Shown here in pieces: positions 28,063 through 37,908 of a stretch of 64,000 nt of DNA. The translations under genes were made by a program, and so were the position numbers. This DNA is from Gammaproteobacteria bacterium (GTDB lineage: Bacteria > Pseudomonadota > Gammaproteobacteria > Eutrophobiales > Eutrophobiaceae), in assembly GCA_965221695.1 (NCBI GenBank), contig OZ244905.1, forward strand, positions 2,208,001 to 2,272,000. Reading direction: 5' to 3'. Each line of letters starts with the position of its first letter. Within the stretch, counting starts at the first letter, position 1. The notes beneath the pieces were generated by a model. It saw only the letters and a list, made by a program, of their open reading frames with translations. It was not told where the DNA came from and made no database searches.

Positions 28063-29445
28063 ATGGACCCGAGATTTCTACCCCATAACACCCACCTGGA
28101 AAACCCTGCCGGGTTTACTGAACAGGACCCTCAACTGCGCCTGCTAAGCCGTCAAACATATCAATATCGTTCAGATGTGTTAGATGATTTAGTTGTTGCA
28201 AAGCCGGGTATTTACACTCTGGGAGGAGGGCGGCAAATCGGCAAATCGACCTTGTTGAAACAGTGGATAAGTGAATTGCTGGCACAGGGTGTCGCACCCG
28301 TATCGATCAGTTTTTTTACAGGCGAACTTATCGATGACCACCATAGCCTCCTGAGGTTGATGCAGGCTCAACTGGGCGATTCGCATACGGATTCCATCAA
28401 CTACCTGATTATAGACGAAGTAACCTATATTCAGCAGTGGGATAAAGCAGTTAAATTCGCCGCAGACGCGGGCATGCTGGAGCGTACCGTCCTGGCGCTG
28501 ACCGGTTCGGACCTGGGTTTAATCAGGGATGCGCGCATGCGCTTTCCCGGACGGCGCGGCGGGGCTGAGGTGGTTGATTTCCACATGTATCCGCTTTCAT
28601 TCAGGGAATGCCTGAAGCTGAAAAACCCGGACATCAATATCGATGATATCGTCTGCCGACCCGGGCAGCCTGAAGCAGACATTCTCGATACAATTTATGG
28701 GGAATTCGATCAGTACTTGATGCATGGCGGTTATTTGACAGCAATAAATGACCTGGCCGGGACCGGGCAGATAAATCAAACCACCTTGAATACGTACTCC
28801 GACTGGATAAGAGGCGATGTGCTGAAACGCGGCAAGCACGAAAATTACCTGCGTGAAATCATGACTGCTATTATCAAACGCTACAATTCACAGGTCACAT
28901 GGAACGCCCTGGCTCGTGACCTGTCCATTGATCATCCCAAAACGGTGGCTGATTATATTGATGTGCTGGTGAATATGGACGCGGTCTTTGTACAGTCCGC
29001 CCTGCTGGAAGACAAACTGGTTGCCGCGCCCAAGAAAGCCAGAAAACTGATGTTCTGCGACCCCTTTATATTCCATGCCGTGCACGGCTGGGTGAATCCG
29101 TCCGGTGATCCTTACCATTCGCAGATCCTGCCGCTAGTTCGTGATCCGGAATGGGCCTCCCGCCTGGTTGAGGCTGCCGTGGTCACTCATCACCGCCGTT
29201 TTTTCCCCACATATTACATCAAGGCCCGGGGTGAAGTGGATCTTGCCTATGTCAATAACGGGCAATGCTATCCTGTTGAGATTAAATGGACCAACCAGTT
29301 ACGACCCAAGGACATCAAACAGGTCAACCAATATCCACGGGGTGAAATCTGGACTAAAACCAGATCCTGGGGCGACATAAACTCGACTAAAACCTATCCA
29401 TTACCGCTGAAATTGCTTCAGATAAACAGGGTCGGACCTGCTTAA
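28063..29445 (+). CDS. AAA+ ATPase with DUF4143/PD-(D/E)xK-like C-terminus
   Basis: Walker A GGRQIGKS, Walker B IIDEV, TGS, GGY, EVDL..PVEIK. Confidence 0.85.
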   Translation: MDPRFLPHNTHLENPAGFTEQDPQLRLLSRQTYQYRSDVLDDLVVAKPGIYTLGGGRQIGKSTLLKQWISELLAQGVAPVSISFFTGELIDDHHSLLRLMQAQLGDSHTDSINYLIIDEVTYIQQWDKAVKFAADAGMLERTVLALTGSDLGLIRDARMRFPGRRGGAEVVDFHMYPLSFRECLKLKNPDINIDDIVCRPGQPEADILDTIYGEFDQYLMHGGYLTAINDLAGTGQINQTTLNTYSDWIRGDVLKRGKHENYLREIMTAIIKRYNSQVTWNALARDLSIDHPKTVADYIDVLVNMDAVFVQSALLEDKLVAAPKKARKLMFCDPFIFHAVHGWVNPSGDPYHSQILPLVRDPEWASRLVEAAVVTHHRRFFPTYYIKARGEVDLAYVNNGQCYPVEIKWTNQLRPKDIKQVNQYPRGEIWTKTRSWGDINSTKTYPLPLKLLQINRVGPA

Positions 29446-29625
29446 CCCTACCTATCTCTTTGTTTCCATTGAGTTGATTTGTTGCAGGGGTCTGCTTTGC
29501 TCCCTTAAACCCCATTTTTTGTCGTCGAAACCGAGGTTTTAAGATTCTTTTCCCTATACAGCTTACTCCATTAACCCAGAGACAATGGAAACACATAGTT
29601 AGGCAGGTCCGGCCCTATTTCTCTG
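29419..29625. mobile_element. Family B MITE, full 207-bp copy
   Basis: 27-bp imperfect TIRs (cagataaacagggtcggacctgcttaa / ttaggcaggtccggccctatttctctg) plus inner IR tgtttccattg/caatggaaaca. Confidence 0.8.
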
Positions 29626-29681
29626 CATGAAAAAACGCTGTAGTCCCTCCTTAAGGAGATGAGAGTTTACGTCATAAAGAA

Positions 29682-30374
29682 CTACGTGCCGTTGCGTTGG
29701 AACCTCCCGTGTCGGAGGTAATGGATGACCTGGGCAATTACTGCGTTGTTTCTCATAATGAAGGGGTGGGTGGCAGGTATTTGAATGTGGTCCCGCATCC
29801 CTGTCAGTTTCGTATGCTCGACGGAGACCTTGCCGTCATCAGCGCCGGGTATCAGCATGGATAATAGCAGGTTGATGCTGCGGGTGCCGGCTATTATGCC
29901 CAAGTCGAAATCGGCTGGACCAAGACGGATGGGGACGCTTGCGCTATCCGTGCCGAGTTGCAGACCCGCAGCGCCGTTGATCAGGCGGAAACCGGGGACG
30001 TTTCCCAATTTATCCACCACTTCGCTGCCCTGATTAGGCGGCGCCAGCATCACGACCCGTTGCAGGCCAGGAATGTCATTATCCTCAAGATAGTGCCGGA
30101 GCAGGATGCCGCCCATGGAATGGGTGACAAAATGAATATTCTCTCCGTCACATTTCTCCAGCGCCGGCTCAATGGCGAGACCCGCCAACTTTTCTATCGG
30201 GAATTGTCTTGAGGGATAACCCTGGTTGATGGGTGTAAAACCCTGTTCCTCAAGTTCACGCGCCAGCTTGTTCATGGAGCGCTCGGTCCTGGCCAGACCA
30301 TGCAGCAGGATGACACATGAGGAAGTGGCCTCCAATGAGAACAGAACCAGCAATATGAACGTGACTGTTTTCAA
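29682..30374 (-). CDS. Alpha/beta hydrolase (lipase/esterase-like), exported
   Basis: LLHGLAR, THSMGG nucleophile elbow, DDGKV, HPFIM. Confidence 0.85.
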   Translation of the reverse strand: MKTVTFILLVLFSLEATSSCVILLHGLARTERSMNKLARELEEQGFTPINQGYPSRQFPIEKLAGLAIEPALEKCDGENIHFVTHSMGGILLRHYLEDNDIPGLQRVVMLAPPNQGSEVVDKLGNVPGFRLINGAAGLQLGTDSASVPIRLGPADFDLGIIAGTRSINLLLSMLIPGADDGKVSVEHTKLTGMRDHIQIPATHPFIMRNNAVIAQVIHYLRHGRFQRNGT

Positions 30375-30505
30375 AGCACAGAGCCCGACGCGTAAAAGTA
30401 CATGATTATCTGGGTGAGATCATACTTTTGTTTCTGGCCCCTGTCACGTCGTTGACTTGCGTCTCACTACTTCTATATTTTACTTTTTTACCACCTCGGT
30501 ATAAA

Positions 30506-31693
30506 ATGGTAAATATGAAAATTAAACGTACTGTTTTCAAAGGGTTAAATGATCACTTAACCAGGCCGGAAGTCCTGATTCTGCTCGGCGCCAGGCAGGT
30601 TGGGAAAACCACCCTGATGAATGATCTGGCAACGACTGCAGCGGAGAAGTTTCAGCATATCCGGTTTTTCAATGCTGAGTTCCCTGATGACCTGCTGTTT
30701 TTCTCCAGGCCGGAACGGGAATTATTTTATGATCTGACGAAAACACCCGATACGATCATTTTTATCGATGAGTTTCACTATATCAAAAACATCTCGAAAA
30801 TCTTCAAGGGCATATACGACGCTCAAAAGAGAATTAAAATTGTGGCCAGCGGGTCGTCATCACTGGAAATTCATAAGCACCTCCGGGAGAGTCTGGCCGG
30901 AAGAAGGAGTATATTCAAAGTTTACCCATTATCTTGGGAGGAATGGAGGCAGACCGGCGGTTCAATTGAAGAGTTTACCGTATTTGGCGGCATGCCCGGG
31001 CTTGTTCACCTTGCAAGCAAAACTGAGAAAATGGAATATCTCTCACAAATCGTTCAAGCATATATTCTCAATGATATCAAGGGCTTGCTCAGGGAAGAGA
31101 ACATTGCGGCATTTAATCACCTGCTGTATTATCTGGCAGAAAACCAGGGACAGATCACCCCCACCGCCAATCTTGCAAGAGAGATCAGGTTATCAAATAT
31201 GACGGTGGTGAATTACCTTGATATCCTTGAACAAACCTATGTTGTGTTTGGGCTTCACAGTTTTTCCAGAAGGCTGTCCAACGAATTAAAGAAATCAAGA
31301 AAATATTATTTTTTTGATAATGGCATCAGGAATGCCATCATCAAAAATTTTGCCGCGCCCCAAGAAAGAAGCAATACTGGTTTTCTGTATGAATCCCATG
31401 TTTTCCTTGAACTTCATAAAAGATTGCGCGCCAACACAGAATTACAGTTTTGGCGCAACAGGCAAGGCGATGAGGTTGATTTCATCTGGTCTGAAAATCA
31501 GGTTCCTGTCCCCATTGAAGTTAAACAGAGTTGGTCAGGACGAAACCTACCGCAAGGCCTGCGTAAGTTCCTGAAAAACTACCCTGAAGCCCCATGTGGA
31601 ATATTGGTCAATGCGGACACAAGCGCGGAGCGGCAATTAAATGGGCGAACGATCAAATTGAAGAAATTTGATGAAGCAATCTTGTGTACATAG
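30506..31693 (+). CDS. Second AAA+ ATPase with DUF4143-like C-terminus
   Basis: GARQVGKT, FIDEF, SGSS, LAGR, GGMP, KYYFFDNG, EVDF..PIEVK; AT-rich; start 30506 or 30515. Confidence 0.88.
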   Translation: MVNMKIKRTVFKGLNDHLTRPEVLILLGARQVGKTTLMNDLATTAAEKFQHIRFFNAEFPDDLLFFSRPERELFYDLTKTPDTIIFIDEFHYIKNISKIFKGIYDAQKRIKIVASGSSSLEIHKHLRESLAGRRSIFKVYPLSWEEWRQTGGSIEEFTVFGGMPGLVHLASKTEKMEYLSQIVQAYILNDIKGLLREENIAAFNHLLYYLAENQGQITPTANLAREIRLSNMTVVNYLDILEQTYVVFGLHSFSRRLSNELKKSRKYYFFDNGIRNAIIKNFAAPQERSNTGFLYESHVFLELHKRLRANTELQFWRNRQGDEVDFIWSENQVPVPIEVKQSWSGRNLPQGLRKFLKNYPEAPCGILVNADTSAERQLNGRTIKLKKFDEAILCT

Positions 31694-31988
31694 TTGCCTG
31701 ATTTACCGGATATTTGTGCACTATGGTTGCATTTTTGCTGCCGGCTTGCCGCAGCCACAAGCTTCAGGGCCTTCAATCACAACACCTCCGGCAGCAGCAA
31801 GTCGCTGTCTCAACTTCGTGATAGTGATGCGTGGTAGATAAGCAATAAAGTTATGATATTACGAGGGTTTATTGTTATTAACGGCATAATTGTAACGTAT
31901 ACAGGGGCAGAAATGTAACTATTGGGCAGGTTCGGTTTTGCGTGTAACAATGGTGAGAACGCCGGATGCAATAGCTGGCATGCATTAT

Positions 31989-32034
31989 GGGGAGCGGAGT
32001 GACCGCACGCGGGCGGGGCGCCCGCACTCCCAGG
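31989..32034. repeat. Family D REP hairpin
   Basis: gggagcg..gcgggcggggcgcccgcactcccagg. Confidence 0.7.
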
Positions 32035-32043
32035 ATGGTCTTG

Positions 32044-32442
32044 TCAGGTCTGCTCCCAGGGCAGTTTGTGAAAGCGCCAGCCGTTCCGGTTGCTGCGGTG
32101 GCGGTTTTCGTCCAGGTCGCCTTCAAAGCCTTCGGCAATGTTTACCGTGTGCCGGTAGCCATGCTGTTCCAGCAGTTGCGCCGCGAGCATTGAACGTTTG
32201 CCGCTGCGGCAGAGGGTCAGGATGGTGGTGTTCTTGCTGCCCGCGCCCAATCGTTCGATCACCTTTTGAGCAAAGTCCGGGTCGGTAGTCCAATCGGGCG
32301 CTTCCTGCAAGGGTATGTGGACGGCCCCGACGGGGTGCCCCACGTAATCAAACTCGACCTTTGAGCGTACATCAAGCAGGATTGCGTCGGGGTTTTCCTG
32401 GAGCATCAGCCAGGCCTGTTTGGGGTCAACTTCGGCAACCAT
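32044..32442 (-). CDS. Rhodanese-like domain protein
   Basis: LLDVRS..E..VGH, LCRSGKRS, EGFEG..GW..LPW. Confidence 0.9.
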   Translation of the reverse strand: MVAEVDPKQAWLMLQENPDAILLDVRSKVEFDYVGHPVGAVHIPLQEAPDWTTDPDFAQKVIERLGAGSKNTTILTLCRSGKRSMLAAQLLEQHGYRHTVNIAEGFEGDLDENRHRSNRNGWRFHKLPWEQT

Positions 32443-32443
32443 G

Positions 32444-33211
32444 TTATGGTCCTCCTGTTGGTACTATATCGTTTGTGGTTTGAATGTCGGCGATGATGGA
32501 TTGCGCCGCGCGCAGTGGATCAGGTGCTTGTGTAATCGGGCGGCCTACCACCAGGTAGTCTGCGCCGTCAGCAATCGCCTGGCGTGGTGTCAGTGTGCGT
32601 TTGTGATCGTGATGTCCGACCTCGGCAGGGCGGATGCCCGGGGTAACGATCAGGAAATCCCGGTCGCGAAATTCCCGGCGCAAGGCGCGCACGGACGAAC
32701 CGGATGCAATCAAGCCTTCACAGCCGGCATCCAGGGCTTGCCGCGCCCGGCGCAGGACGATGTTGTCGGTGTTTGGCTTGGCGCCGTCCGGGGATAGCTC
32801 CTTCAGGTCAGCGGCGTCCATGCTGGACAGTACGGTGAGCATCAGCAGGCTGGGTTTGCTGTTCTCGCCGCGCCCGCGTTTCGCGGCCGTAACCGTGGAA
32901 CTGCCGCCATGGATGGTCAGCAACTCCAGCCTGCCGTTGAATTCATTGGGCATGTTGGCCAATGCAGCTTGCACGGTGCGGTCGATATCATTGATTTTCA
33001 GGTCCAGAAAAACCTTGTTGCCGGCCTCTAGCAACGCGCTGATGAACGGCCAGCCTTCTCCAAGGAACAGTTGCCAGCCTACTTTATAGAAATTGACCGT
33101 GCTGCCGAGCTGTTCGATCAGGTTTTCAGCTTCGGCCGCACGATCGAAGTCCAAAGCGATGATCAGCCGATCAGCGGGCGCGAGCTTTGTTGGTGGAAAT
33201 TCAGTTGCCAT
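32444..33211 (-). CDS. pyrF: Orotidine 5'-phosphate decarboxylase
   Basis: IIALD, YKVG, FLDLK.DI..T, VTPGIR, VVGRPI. Confidence 0.93.
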   Translation of the reverse strand: MATEFPPTKLAPADRLIIALDFDRAAEAENLIEQLGSTVNFYKVGWQLFLGEGWPFISALLEAGNKVFLDLKINDIDRTVQAALANMPNEFNGRLELLTIHGGSSTVTAAKRGRGENSKPSLLMLTVLSSMDAADLKELSPDGAKPNTDNIVLRRARQALDAGCEGLIASGSSVRALRREFRDRDFLIVTPGIRPAEVGHHDHKRTLTPRQAIADGADYLVVGRPITQAPDPLRAAQSIIADIQTTNDIVPTGGP

Positions 33212-33235
33212 ATATTACGTTTCTCGTAGTTATTC

Positions 33236-33258
33236 TAAGGAACCTCTGAAGATTAAGA
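33236..33258. repeat. Family A terminal remnant
   Basis: taaggaacctctgaagattaag equals the family A end. Confidence 0.55.
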
Positions 33259-33325
33259 TTGTTGGTTCACTGCCATTTCCTCCGTACTATTCCCGCGAAA
33301 TAAGAAATCTCTGGCGCTCATTGTC

Positions 33326-34282
33326 TTACAGAAGCCCGTCGTGTTCCAGCCGTCGGAGTACCTGCGCAGGTTGCAGCTCGGCCAGGGGGGTTGTCCTGAA
33401 TACGGCCTCATCCCTGTTCAAGGATAGTACGCGCTCGCGCTGGCCGACTGCGTGGTTGCGGCGCCAATCAGTGGGGCCGAATAAGCCGTAGACCGGGATG
33501 GGGCCGCAGGCGAGCAGGTGCATGGGACCTGAATCATTGGTAACGGCAATCCTGGCCTGGCCGGCCAGCGCGACCAGTTGCAGAAATGAAAACGCCGCAT
33601 TGGCATTCACGCCGGTGATACGGGCCAGGTCAGCATTTGTATGCCGGTCTTGCTCACCGCCTGCCCAGACCGTGACATAGCCTTGTTGCGCCAGGGACAG
33701 GGCCAATTCCCCGAAGTAAGGCCAGCGTTTTTCCTGGCGCCGGGCGCTGGCGCCCGCATGCATGATGACGAGTTTTCGGTCCGGCAGGTCCCGCTCCTGC
33801 AACCATTCGCTGACTTTGTGCTGGTCCGCTGCGGAAGGGCGCAGGCAGGGAACGACGCCGTCGGTGGAAATCCCGGCGGCCTCCAATATTTCCAGCATCC
33901 TGTCATGGATATGGCGCTGCCCGGTATAGCGATCTTGCGGGTGCAGGTTATAGGGAAAGCGCGGGTGGTTGCCGGCCTGCTCCGGGATTCCCGAGAGGCC
34001 GCACAGCGCGCCGGTACGGTCGTTGGACTGCAAGTCGTACACCCGCAGAAAACCTTGTTTTCGCACCCACAGGGCGGTTGCCAGGGTGGAACGCAAGCTG
34101 CTGCGGTCAAACGTCTTCAACTCCAGGTTGGGCCAGGTCTCAAACAATTTGATATAAGAAGGACTGGTGAGAAGAACGCAGCGGCGCGGTGCGTGGTGTT
34201 GTAAAATCCGATCAATCAGACCGGTGGCCATGACCACATCGCCCAATGCCCCGAGCTTGATGATCAGTATATCCTTACGCAT
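33326..34282 (-). CDS. Glycosyltransferase family 9 (heptosyltransferase-like)
   Basis: IIKLGALGDV, KRWP, TNDSGPMHL, LFGPT. Confidence 0.9.
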   Translation of the reverse strand: MRKDILIIKLGALGDVVMATGLIDRILQHHAPRRCVLLTSPSYIKLFETWPNLELKTFDRSSLRSTLATALWVRKQGFLRVYDLQSNDRTGALCGLSGIPEQAGNHPRFPYNLHPQDRYTGQRHIHDRMLEILEAAGISTDGVVPCLRPSAADQHKVSEWLQERDLPDRKLVIMHAGASARRQEKRWPYFGELALSLAQQGYVTVWAGGEQDRHTNADLARITGVNANAAFSFLQLVALAGQARIAVTNDSGPMHLLACGPIPVYGLFGPTDWRRNHAVGQRERVLSLNRDEAVFRTTPLAELQPAQVLRRLEHDGLL

Positions 34283-34598
34283 CGGCCAGGGGATTGTGAT
34301 ATTCCTCTAGAAACACTGGCAGGCTAGCGGAAAACAGGGCTTTGTACAGGCCGCTGAAACGAGTGTTTAACTGGCGCGCCTGTTCGTACAAGGTGAGGGT
34401 CGGGTTCAGCATTCGTTCCAGGGTAAAGCTGCAAAACGTGGCGATAGGTGGCCGGATGTTCAGGTTGTTGAAAGAAGTGTTCATCCGGCGAGCCAGTGCA
34501 TACAAGGCCAAGGTCTGGTCCAGCATTTGTCTCAAGGTAAAGCTGCGATTCGATGCGATAGGCGGTTGCGCGTACAGGTTGCTGAAAGGAGCCATCAT
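34275..34598 (-). other. 107-aa ORF built from tandem copies of the upstream GT4 3' end
   Basis: SFTL..ML..TL.LY motif occurs twice; about 115-bp period; overlaps both neighbouring genes. Confidence 0.55.
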
Positions 34599-35704
34599 CC
34601 GGCGTGCGCCTGTTCGTACAAAGCCAGGGTCTGGTCCAGCATTCGTTCCAGGGTAAAGCTGCGGTTCGGCGCGATAGTTGGCCTGGCGTTCAGAAAGTCC
34701 TGAACCTTTTCCGCGATGGCAGCCCTGTTACCCGGTTCCACCAGGCCGTCAGGCTGCAGTTCTTCCAGCACTTCGCGGGCGCCCCCGTGGGCGTAGGCGA
34801 CTACCGGACGCCCCAGCGAGAGCGCTTCCAGCGCAGTCCTGCCGAAGGCTTCGGGGATGTTTGCCAGCGACATGACGACATCGGAGATACTCAGCAGTTC
34901 GCGCAGGTCGTGACGCTGACCCAGGAAGCTGATGTCGTTTCCCAGACCGTGCCGGTTAACCATCCGGGTTAACTCCTTGAGGAACCTTTCACGGCGCGGT
35001 TCCGCGCCGCCCGCAACCAGGCCGTGGACATGGGTTCCGGCCTGATTCAGACGCCCGATGATATCGATAAAATCCAGGTGGCCTTTCCAGCGGGTGATGC
35101 GGCCGGGCAGGGTAACCAGTGTCTTGCCCTGCAGTTGCGGCTGGTCAGCGCGCCAGCGCGCCAGCCACGTCGCGGAAGGTCGGTAGCCCTCGGGGAAAGA
35201 ATCGGGATCCACGCCACGGTGAATGATCGATATCTTACCGGGATCTACGCGGGGGTAATTTGCGATGATGTAGTCATGGATAAACTTCGAAATGGCTATC
35301 ACCTTCTGTCCTCGGGTCATGACAGCGCTGTAATGGCCGACGCGGTAGGGGCCGTGTACCGTGGTGATGAACACGGGCCGTCTGGCCTCGGGCATGTTTT
35401 TCCAGGCAAGGTAACAGACCCAGGCCGGCAGGCGCGAGCGCGCATGCAAGATATCCACCTTTTCTTCCAGCAGGAAACGTCGCAGGCGAAATGCCAGCAG
35501 CAGTGTGAATGGGGACTTTTTGCCGACAGGCCAGGTATAGTGCCGGGAACCGCCGGCGGTGAGTTCAGCCGTCAGTGACCCACCGGCGGACATGACCAGT
35601 GAACGATGGCCGCGGCGCGCCAGTTCAGCGGCCACATCAAGAGTCCCGCGTTCCACCCCGCCCGTTTCCAGGGCCGGCAGCGTTTGCAGTACGGTCAAGG
35701 ACAT
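34595..35704 (-). CDS. Glycosyltransferase family 4
   Basis: LPALETGGVERG, HARSRLPAW, GRITRWKG, EAFGR..EA. Confidence 0.92.
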   Translation of the reverse strand: MSLTVLQTLPALETGGVERGTLDVAAELARRGHRSLVMSAGGSLTAELTAGGSRHYTWPVGKKSPFTLLLAFRLRRFLLEEKVDILHARSRLPAWVCYLAWKNMPEARRPVFITTVHGPYRVGHYSAVMTRGQKVIAISKFIHDYIIANYPRVDPGKISIIHRGVDPDSFPEGYRPSATWLARWRADQPQLQGKTLVTLPGRITRWKGHLDFIDIIGRLNQAGTHVHGLVAGGAEPRRERFLKELTRMVNRHGLGNDISFLGQRHDLRELLSISDVVMSLANIPEAFGRTALEALSLGRPVVAYAHGGAREVLEELQPDGLVEPGNRAAIAEKVQDFLNARPTIAPNRSFTLERMLDQTLALYEQAHAG

Positions 35705-36660
35705 GTTGCGATACCGGCTGTTTGCGCCAGCAATCCTTTCTCCAGCAGCAGGTCGGCGCAACGATCGGCTTCAGCGAGTGTCCGCGGTGAAACAGGCAGC
35801 TCTGCCACAACATCGTTGCCGCCGTGGGCGCCGACGAAGCCGTCCTTGAGCAATTGGTCGACTGCGCGATGCAGGCGGCTTGCGGACTTTCTTTGCAGCG
35901 GCAGCAGGCCTACGCGACAGCTGGAAGAGAGCGCCTCGCAAATCATCGAAACACTGTCTTCGGTTACCCATACATCGCGGGCGCGAGCCAGCGCCTGCGC
36001 CAGCCAGTCACGCCCACAGTCGTCCCAGAACACGACGTCCACGCGGTCATTTTTAAGTCCGGCAAGATCATGCGCGAGTTGCACGGGGGTACGCGGAGAA
36101 TTGGCCACGGTCCAGTTACGGGGCGACGGGCGCGCCAGCAATTGCCTGATGCGCGCCAGCAACGCGTCAGGGTCCATGCGGTAATGCCGGGAAGGTCCGC
36201 CAATCAGTATCAGGCCCTGTTCCGCATCGTGGTTGTGCGTTGGCTGTATGGGGTTAAGTGCGCCTGCCGTTACGATGACATTATCTCTCGCCGGCGGGTC
36301 GTCATGGGCCGGGACCAGGCAGTAATCGAACCAGCCCAGCGGTAGGCTGGGACGCATGAGCACGACGGTCCTGGCCCGGTGTGCCCGGCGCACAGCGAGC
36401 AAGGCGGCATGAGTTGCGTGGCCGGCGCCGATCGCCACCAGCGGCGCCGGCAGAGCGCCTGTCCAAGGCGTTTTTCCGCTGACGCAGGATGCCAGGGAGC
36501 GGCTCAACGGTGGCGCCGTTACCTGGTATGTTATCAGCGGTACGCGCCGGCGCAGGGCATCAATTAACCCGGTCGACTGGCTCAGGTGGCCGCGTTTACC
36601 GTCACAGATCTGCCAGAGGATGACAGGGTCGCATGAGACTTGACGGGATGTGAGGTTCAA
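35695..36660 (-). CDS. ELM1/GtrOC1-family putative glycosyltransferase
   Basis: DGKRGH..Q..GL, VPAHD, LIGGPS, WVTEDSVSMI.EA. Confidence 0.82.
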   Translation of the reverse strand: MNLTSRQVSCDPVILWQICDGKRGHLSQSTGLIDALRRRVPLITYQVTAPPLSRSLASCVSGKTPWTGALPAPLVAIGAGHATHAALLAVRRAHRARTVVLMRPSLPLGWFDYCLVPAHDDPPARDNVIVTAGALNPIQPTHNHDAEQGLILIGGPSRHYRMDPDALLARIRQLLARPSPRNWTVANSPRTPVQLAHDLAGLKNDRVDVVFWDDCGRDWLAQALARARDVWVTEDSVSMICEALSSSCRVGLLPLQRKSASRLHRAVDQLLKDGFVGAHGGNDVVAELPVSPRTLAEADRCADLLLEKGLLAQTAGIATCP

Positions 36661-36666
36661 ACCGGT

Positions 36667-36864
36667 TCAGGCAATAGCTTCCAGCGTGAACTCGGCTCCA
36701 CAATAAGGGCATTTTGCCGTGCCCGTTTCCTCTATCGGCAGGTACACCCGCGGGTGCGAATTCCACAGGCTCATGCTCGGCAGTGGGCAAGACAGGGGCA
36801 GATCCCGCCGGCTGATGACATAATGTTGCCGATCATTCGGCGTGTTGGCTCCGATCGCATTCAT
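36667..36864 (-). CDS. zf-CHCC zinc-finger protein
   Basis: CP..WNSHPRVYLPI..CPYCG; ATGA overlap with ilvE. Confidence 0.88.
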   Translation of the reverse strand: MNAIGANTPNDRQHYVISRRDLPLSCPLPSMSLWNSHPRVYLPIEETGTAKCPYCGAEFTLEAIA

Positions 36865-37811
36865 ACTGCCTGCGCAACCTCGCGGGATTCTTCCACATAG
36901 GTCAGCCATTCCGGGCGCCGGACCTTGCGACCATTAACCTGGTCGAAAAACATGTTCTGGAGTTTCCTGGTGACCGGGCCGCGCCGGCCGGTCCCGATTG
37001 CCCGGTTGTCCAGTTCCACTACGGGGGTGACTTCCGCCGCAGTGCCGGTAAAAAATGCCTCGTCGGCAATATAAACCTCGTCCCGGGTCAGTCGTTTCTC
37101 AATTACCTCCATGCCCAGGTCGCGGGCGAATACCATGATGGTATCCCGGGTTACGCCTTCTAACGCGGAGGTCAGGTCCGGGGTGTAAATAATACCGTCG
37201 CGTACAATGAAGATGTTCTCGCCGCTGCCCTCGGCGACATAGCCCTCGTTGTCCAGCAGCAATGCCTCGTCGTAGCCGCATTCCAGGGCTTCGTGCAACG
37301 CAAGTATGGAGTTGATGTAATGACCGACGGCCTTAGCCTTGCACATGGAGATGTTGACATGGTGGCGGGTGAAAGAAGATGTTCGGATACGGATGCCTTT
37401 TTCCAGCCCCTCATCGCCGAGGTAGGCGCCCCATTCCCAGGCCGCAACTGCTACGTGAACGCTGAGATTGTTCGCACGCAGACCCAGCGCCTCGGACCCG
37501 TAAAAACAGATCGGCCGAAGATAGGCCGCCGACAGGCCGTTCTCCAGCACCACCGTGGCGCAGGCGTCATTAATTTCGTCGAGGGTGTGGGGTACGCGCA
37601 TTCCCAGGATATGCGCAGATTGGAACATGCGCCGAGTATGGTCGTGTAACCTGAAGATAGCCGCGCCGCGCGACGTTTCATAGGCGCGCATGCCTTCGAA
37701 CACCCCCACGCCGTAATGCAGGGTGTGTGTAAGTACGTGAACTTTCGCATCCCTCCAAGGAACCAGTTCCCCGTTGAACCAGATTACGCCGTCGCGATCA
37801 GCCATTGACAT
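36861..37811 (-). CDS. ilvE: Branched-chain amino acid aminotransferase
   Basis: LHYG.GVFEG, EGSGENIF, LEGVTR, GTAAEVTP. Confidence 0.96.
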   Translation of the reverse strand: MSMADRDGVIWFNGELVPWRDAKVHVLTHTLHYGVGVFEGMRAYETSRGAAIFRLHDHTRRMFQSAHILGMRVPHTLDEINDACATVVLENGLSAAYLRPICFYGSEALGLRANNLSVHVAVAAWEWGAYLGDEGLEKGIRIRTSSFTRHHVNISMCKAKAVGHYINSILALHEALECGYDEALLLDNEGYVAEGSGENIFIVRDGIIYTPDLTSALEGVTRDTIMVFARDLGMEVIEKRLTRDEVYIADEAFFTGTAAEVTPVVELDNRAIGTGRRGPVTRKLQNMFFDQVNGRKVRRPEWLTYVEESREVAQAV

Positions 37812-37908
37812 CTTGTGTTTCCTTTAACATTTGGACATTATGATAATTTAACCTGTCATTCTATCATCAAACTGCAGAAACCGCGCATCCGGGCGCCAGC
37901 CCGCCAAT

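Noticed and set aside
31694-31988. AT-rich gap after the second ATPase as a gene remnant or ncRNA
   Set aside because: No recognisable protein motif or stable structure could be supported
34275-34690. Diversity-generating retroelement template/variable repeat pair
   Set aside because: No reverse transcriptase nearby, and differences between copies are not restricted to adenines
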